Origin: an uncultured Deinococcales bacterium
GTDB taxonomy: Bacteria > Deinococcota > Deinococci > Deinococcales > JAAFIG01
Direction of reading: 5' to 3'
Length of the DNA stretch: 28,641 nt
NCBI GenBank assembly: GCA_964247135.1
Contig: CAXTTL010000032.1
Coordinates: 1 to 28,641, forward strand
The notes beneath the pieces were generated by a model, which was given only the letters and a program-made list of their open reading frames with translations, searched no databases and was not told the origin of the DNA. The position numbers were made by a program, and so were the translations under genes. How positions within the stretch are numbered: the stretch's first letter is position 1; each line of letters opens with the position of its first letter. Below, piece after piece: positions 27,259-28,641 of the stretch.

Positions 27259-28569
27259 TTATTTTTTTGAAAGTCGGTAAACCGTTCCGCTGTGATCGTC
27301 TGAGATTAACAAGCCGCCGTTTTTGTCGGGCACAACATCCACAGGTCGTCCCAAAACTTGTCCGCCCTCGAGAAAGCCGCTCACCAAATCTTGTTCGGCG
27401 CCTGGTTTGCCCTCTTTCCAAGGAAAGAAAATCAGTTTGTAACCCGTTTTGCTGGCGCGATTCCAAGAGCCGTGCAAGGCAATGACCACACCATCACGGT
27501 ACGGATTTGGGAAACTCGAGTCGCCTAAAAAACTTAAGCCGAGCGGAGCGCTGTGGGCTTGAATTCCTTTGGAGACGCGGTCAATTTTGTTGCAATCGCG
27601 GCTAGCACCGTCTTTGTTCATGTCCAGATCGCGGTCAAACGGCAGGTTGTCCACGCCAGCCTGGCTGTTCGAGTTGCAAAAGGGCCAACCGTAATCGCCG
27701 CCGTCCCTGATTTTGGTAAACGGTTCTATCGGGTAATTGTCCACAAACGATTGCATCACCCGTCCGTAATCGCTGGCACCGTCGCCGTCGAAATCTTTTT
27801 GGTACGGATACGGCGCGTTGTCGCGGTTGTTGATGACCGCCCACAGCTCGTTCGTGCCAGGCACAAGATCAAGTCCCTCGGCATTGCGAATCCCTCGAGC
27901 GAATAACCTGGCGTTTTTGCCGTCAGCATCGTAAACATAAATCGAACCGCGTACCGGATTGGCGGTCGTGTCATTCAGGCAAACGTTGCAACTCGAGCCG
28001 ATTGAAACAAACAAACGGTCTTTATTGTCGATGGCAATGTTTTTCAGCGCGTGACCGTACTTTCCCCCCAATTCTGGCAGGCTGGCACTCGGTAAATCCT
28101 TAATCACGACCTCTAAATTTTTGCCGCTCGAGTCGCCACTGCTGTAGCTGTAACGAATCACACGGTTGGTTTCAGCGACATAGACAAACATTTTTGACCC
28201 AATTGTATGAAAAACCATGTCGTGCGGCTGGTTTAAACCGCTTGCAAAATCGGTCACGCTCGAACCTCGAATCAATTTGATGCTGCCAGTGGCGGGTTGC
28301 GATACCAGAATATCGCCATCGGGTGCGACCGCCATAAAACGCGCTTTTGGAATTCGGGCGAGGATTGAGATTTGAAAACCCTTGGGCACGTTTAGCGTTC
28401 GTTCGCGGTCGAACGGTGAACCGCGCCAGATTTCGGGAACGCCGACTTTAACGGCTTCAAGTCCATTTGAATTGGTTTGAGAACTGGCATTGTCTCCAGA
28501 AAACCAGGCGCAAGTCGTTCCCAAAACGGTGACCACTCCAAGACCCCATAATTTCACTTTGCTGAACAT
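27259..28569 (-). CDS. Secreted glucose/sorbosone dehydrogenase-family beta-propeller protein
   Basis: 'SIGSSCNVC', 'ARGIRNAEG', 'YGWPFC', 'HSAPLGL', 'HGSWNR', 'GRPVDV' and 'ISDD'. Signal peptide; SD GAGGAGG upstream of ATG 28569. Confidence 0.88.
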   Translation of the reverse strand: MFSKVKLWGLGVVTVLGTTCAWFSGDNASSQTNSNGLEAVKVGVPEIWRGSPFDRERTLNVPKGFQISILARIPKARFMAVAPDGDILVSQPATGSIKLIRGSSVTDFASGLNQPHDMVFHTIGSKMFVYVAETNRVIRYSYSSGDSSGKNLEVVIKDLPSASLPELGGKYGHALKNIAIDNKDRLFVSIGSSCNVCLNDTTANPVRGSIYVYDADGKNARLFARGIRNAEGLDLVPGTNELWAVINNRDNAPYPYQKDFDGDGASDYGRVMQSFVDNYPIEPFTKIRDGGDYGWPFCNSNSQAGVDNLPFDRDLDMNKDGASRDCNKIDRVSKGIQAHSAPLGLSFLGDSSFPNPYRDGVVIALHGSWNRASKTGYKLIFFPWKEGKPGAEQDLVSGFLEGGQVLGRPVDVVPDKNGGLLISDDHSGTVYRLSKK

Positions 28570-28641
28570 CAGTATTCCTCCTCGAGCACAACTTAATTGT
28601 GAAACTCGAGTCTGAGAAAGCACTGAAACTGCCCTAAATTT

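Larger units (their letters stand above)
1..28641. repeat. Highly iterated palindrome CTCGAG dispersed through the window
   Basis: 19 copies counted by eye in 17460-19700, against about 0.5 expected at 1/4096. Visibly dense in most genes and intergenic regions. Confidence 0.9.

Noticed and set aside
1-28641. CRISPR array, tRNA, rRNA or riboswitch
   Set aside because: No regularly spaced repeats or recognisable structured-RNA signatures were seen. The CTCGAG copies are irregularly spaced and mostly intragenic. A covariance-model search was not possible.

Overview
A 28.6 kb bacterial chromosomal window of moderate GC. It is probably Deinococcota, inferred from gene types and frequent leaderless promoters. 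Ordinary genes: end of a Dpp/Opp-type ABC importer, a secreted beta-rich protein, a LURP-one-like protein, an esterase, a CMD-family protein, glgC, a gamma-glutamyltransferase, DUF1684, a TPR protein, a rhodanese, an MFS transporter and a sorbosone-dehydrogenase-like protein. Also present: a toxin-first RelE/HTH toxin-antitoxin pair with a palindromic operator, a ~1,575-aa GAF/10xPAS sensor with no output domain, and a BTAD-NB-ARC-TPR regulator. The main discovery is a lasso peptide (RiPP) cluster at ~16.06-20.99 kb: sulfotransferase, B2 peptidase, B1 RRE, cyclase, a 52-aa precursor and an HPr-kinase-like kinase. The predicted core is FGANSTFVDGSFVSST (Phe1-Asp9 ring, Ser-Ser-Thr tail). The cyclase is broken by two in-frame stops and the sulfotransferase possibly by a third, so the cluster looks recently inactivated or carries base-call errors. 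The whole window is saturated with the palindrome CTCGAG, which also builds the stems of several terminators. All family assignments come from motif recognition by eye; no database searches were run.
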